From NCBI RefSeq assembly GCF_963921235.1, contig NC_086121.1, forward strand, positions 44,144,001 to 44,208,000: 64,000 nt of DNA, written 5' to 3'. Positions 63,660-64,000 of this stretch are shown here, piece by piece. This DNA is from Mobula hypostoma. Its lineage: Eukaryota. Numbering within the stretch: the stretch's first letter is position 1; every line of letters starts with the position of its first letter. The translations under genes were made by a program, and so were the position numbers. The notes beneath the pieces are model-generated. The model was not told the origin of the DNA, searched no databases, and was given only the letters and a program-made list of their open reading frames with translations.

Positions 63660-64000
63660 GTGAGTATATCTTTCAAATCTTAAACATTGCAAATTTTAAC
63701 TGCAGTTCAAAGCTCTATCGGACGATATTGTGTCTAGCTTGAAGGGTTTTTTGACTTTAATAATCTTGAAGCAGAGAGTTGGTCTTCTTAGCAAACAATA
63801 ATTGCTGCATATATTTGCCAGTCTTTGAGAACTCCCAGGTTTCATTCAGAAGTGATATATTTAGGTCATTGCTGTACTAGGGGAAGTTAGGGAACTGTGT
63901 CTTGCCTTGTGATTGGATTTTTCAATGAACAAATTTTTTGTGGACAGTGGTTGAAAATCGATCAGATTTAGCATTGTTTTGGTAACGATCAGTTTCAGGT

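Larger units (their letters stand above)
59030..64000 (+). repeat. Near-perfect 1892-bp tandem repeat carrying microexons C-D; about 2.5 copies in the window and apparently continuing past its end
   Basis: Exact 1892-bp period for both exon types. ORF-track peptides 60238/62130 and 61154/63046 are identical. Confidence 0.95.

Noticed and set aside
52444-64000. CRISPR-like or prokaryotic repeat system
   Set aside because: Units are kilobases long, carry spliceosomal GT-AG signals, have no unique spacers or cas genes, and sit in vertebrate TE context.

Overview
Eukaryotic vertebrate genomic DNA, not prokaryotic. The repeat content (CR1, Penelope, Rex1/Babar, L1, RTE, hAT, Tc1/mariner, solo LTRs, an ERV relic) suggests a cartilaginous fish, which is an inference. 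Most ORF-track entries are transposon fragments or noise. Hidden among the repeats, and largely invisible to the ORF track, is a + strand secreted mucin-like gene that runs off the right end of the window. It has two tiny signal-peptide exons (11492-11521, 12867-12900), an orphan half CysD/WxxW exon (29284-29381), a 27-nt microexon (29723-29749) and a complete two-exon CysD/Mucin2_WxxW domain (51044-51221 + 51330-51427). These are followed by at least twelve symmetric phase-1 24-nt microexons, each encoding one 8-aa Pro/Thr/Ser repeat and carried in tandemly duplicated 4.2-4.4 kb and 1892-bp genomic units (order ABCD ABCD CD CD). Predicted spliced product: MAKVFLAFLTVIIHCITSAVLSTPDTSKICKTEWFNIDDPSGEGDYEVFNHLYIQFPNRICLYPITCEVETTSGVPASQTGENIEPCNVARGFFCKNDDQSDQMCQDYRIRFTCPQSHC-PTPATTT-GARSTTAP-STASTTTP-GASSTATP-SPTPTTTT-GASSTTAP-STASTTTP-GAGSTATP-STASTTTP-GAGSTATP-STASTTTP-GAGSTATP... 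Other notable items are hammerhead ribozyme motifs in Penelope pLTRs, an inverted Penelope insertion with a 15-bp TSD, three nested solo LTRs, a 13-kb nested TE stack and an ERV pol/env junction. Exon, TSD and ribozyme coordinates were counted by hand. TE boundaries without a TSD are approximate.
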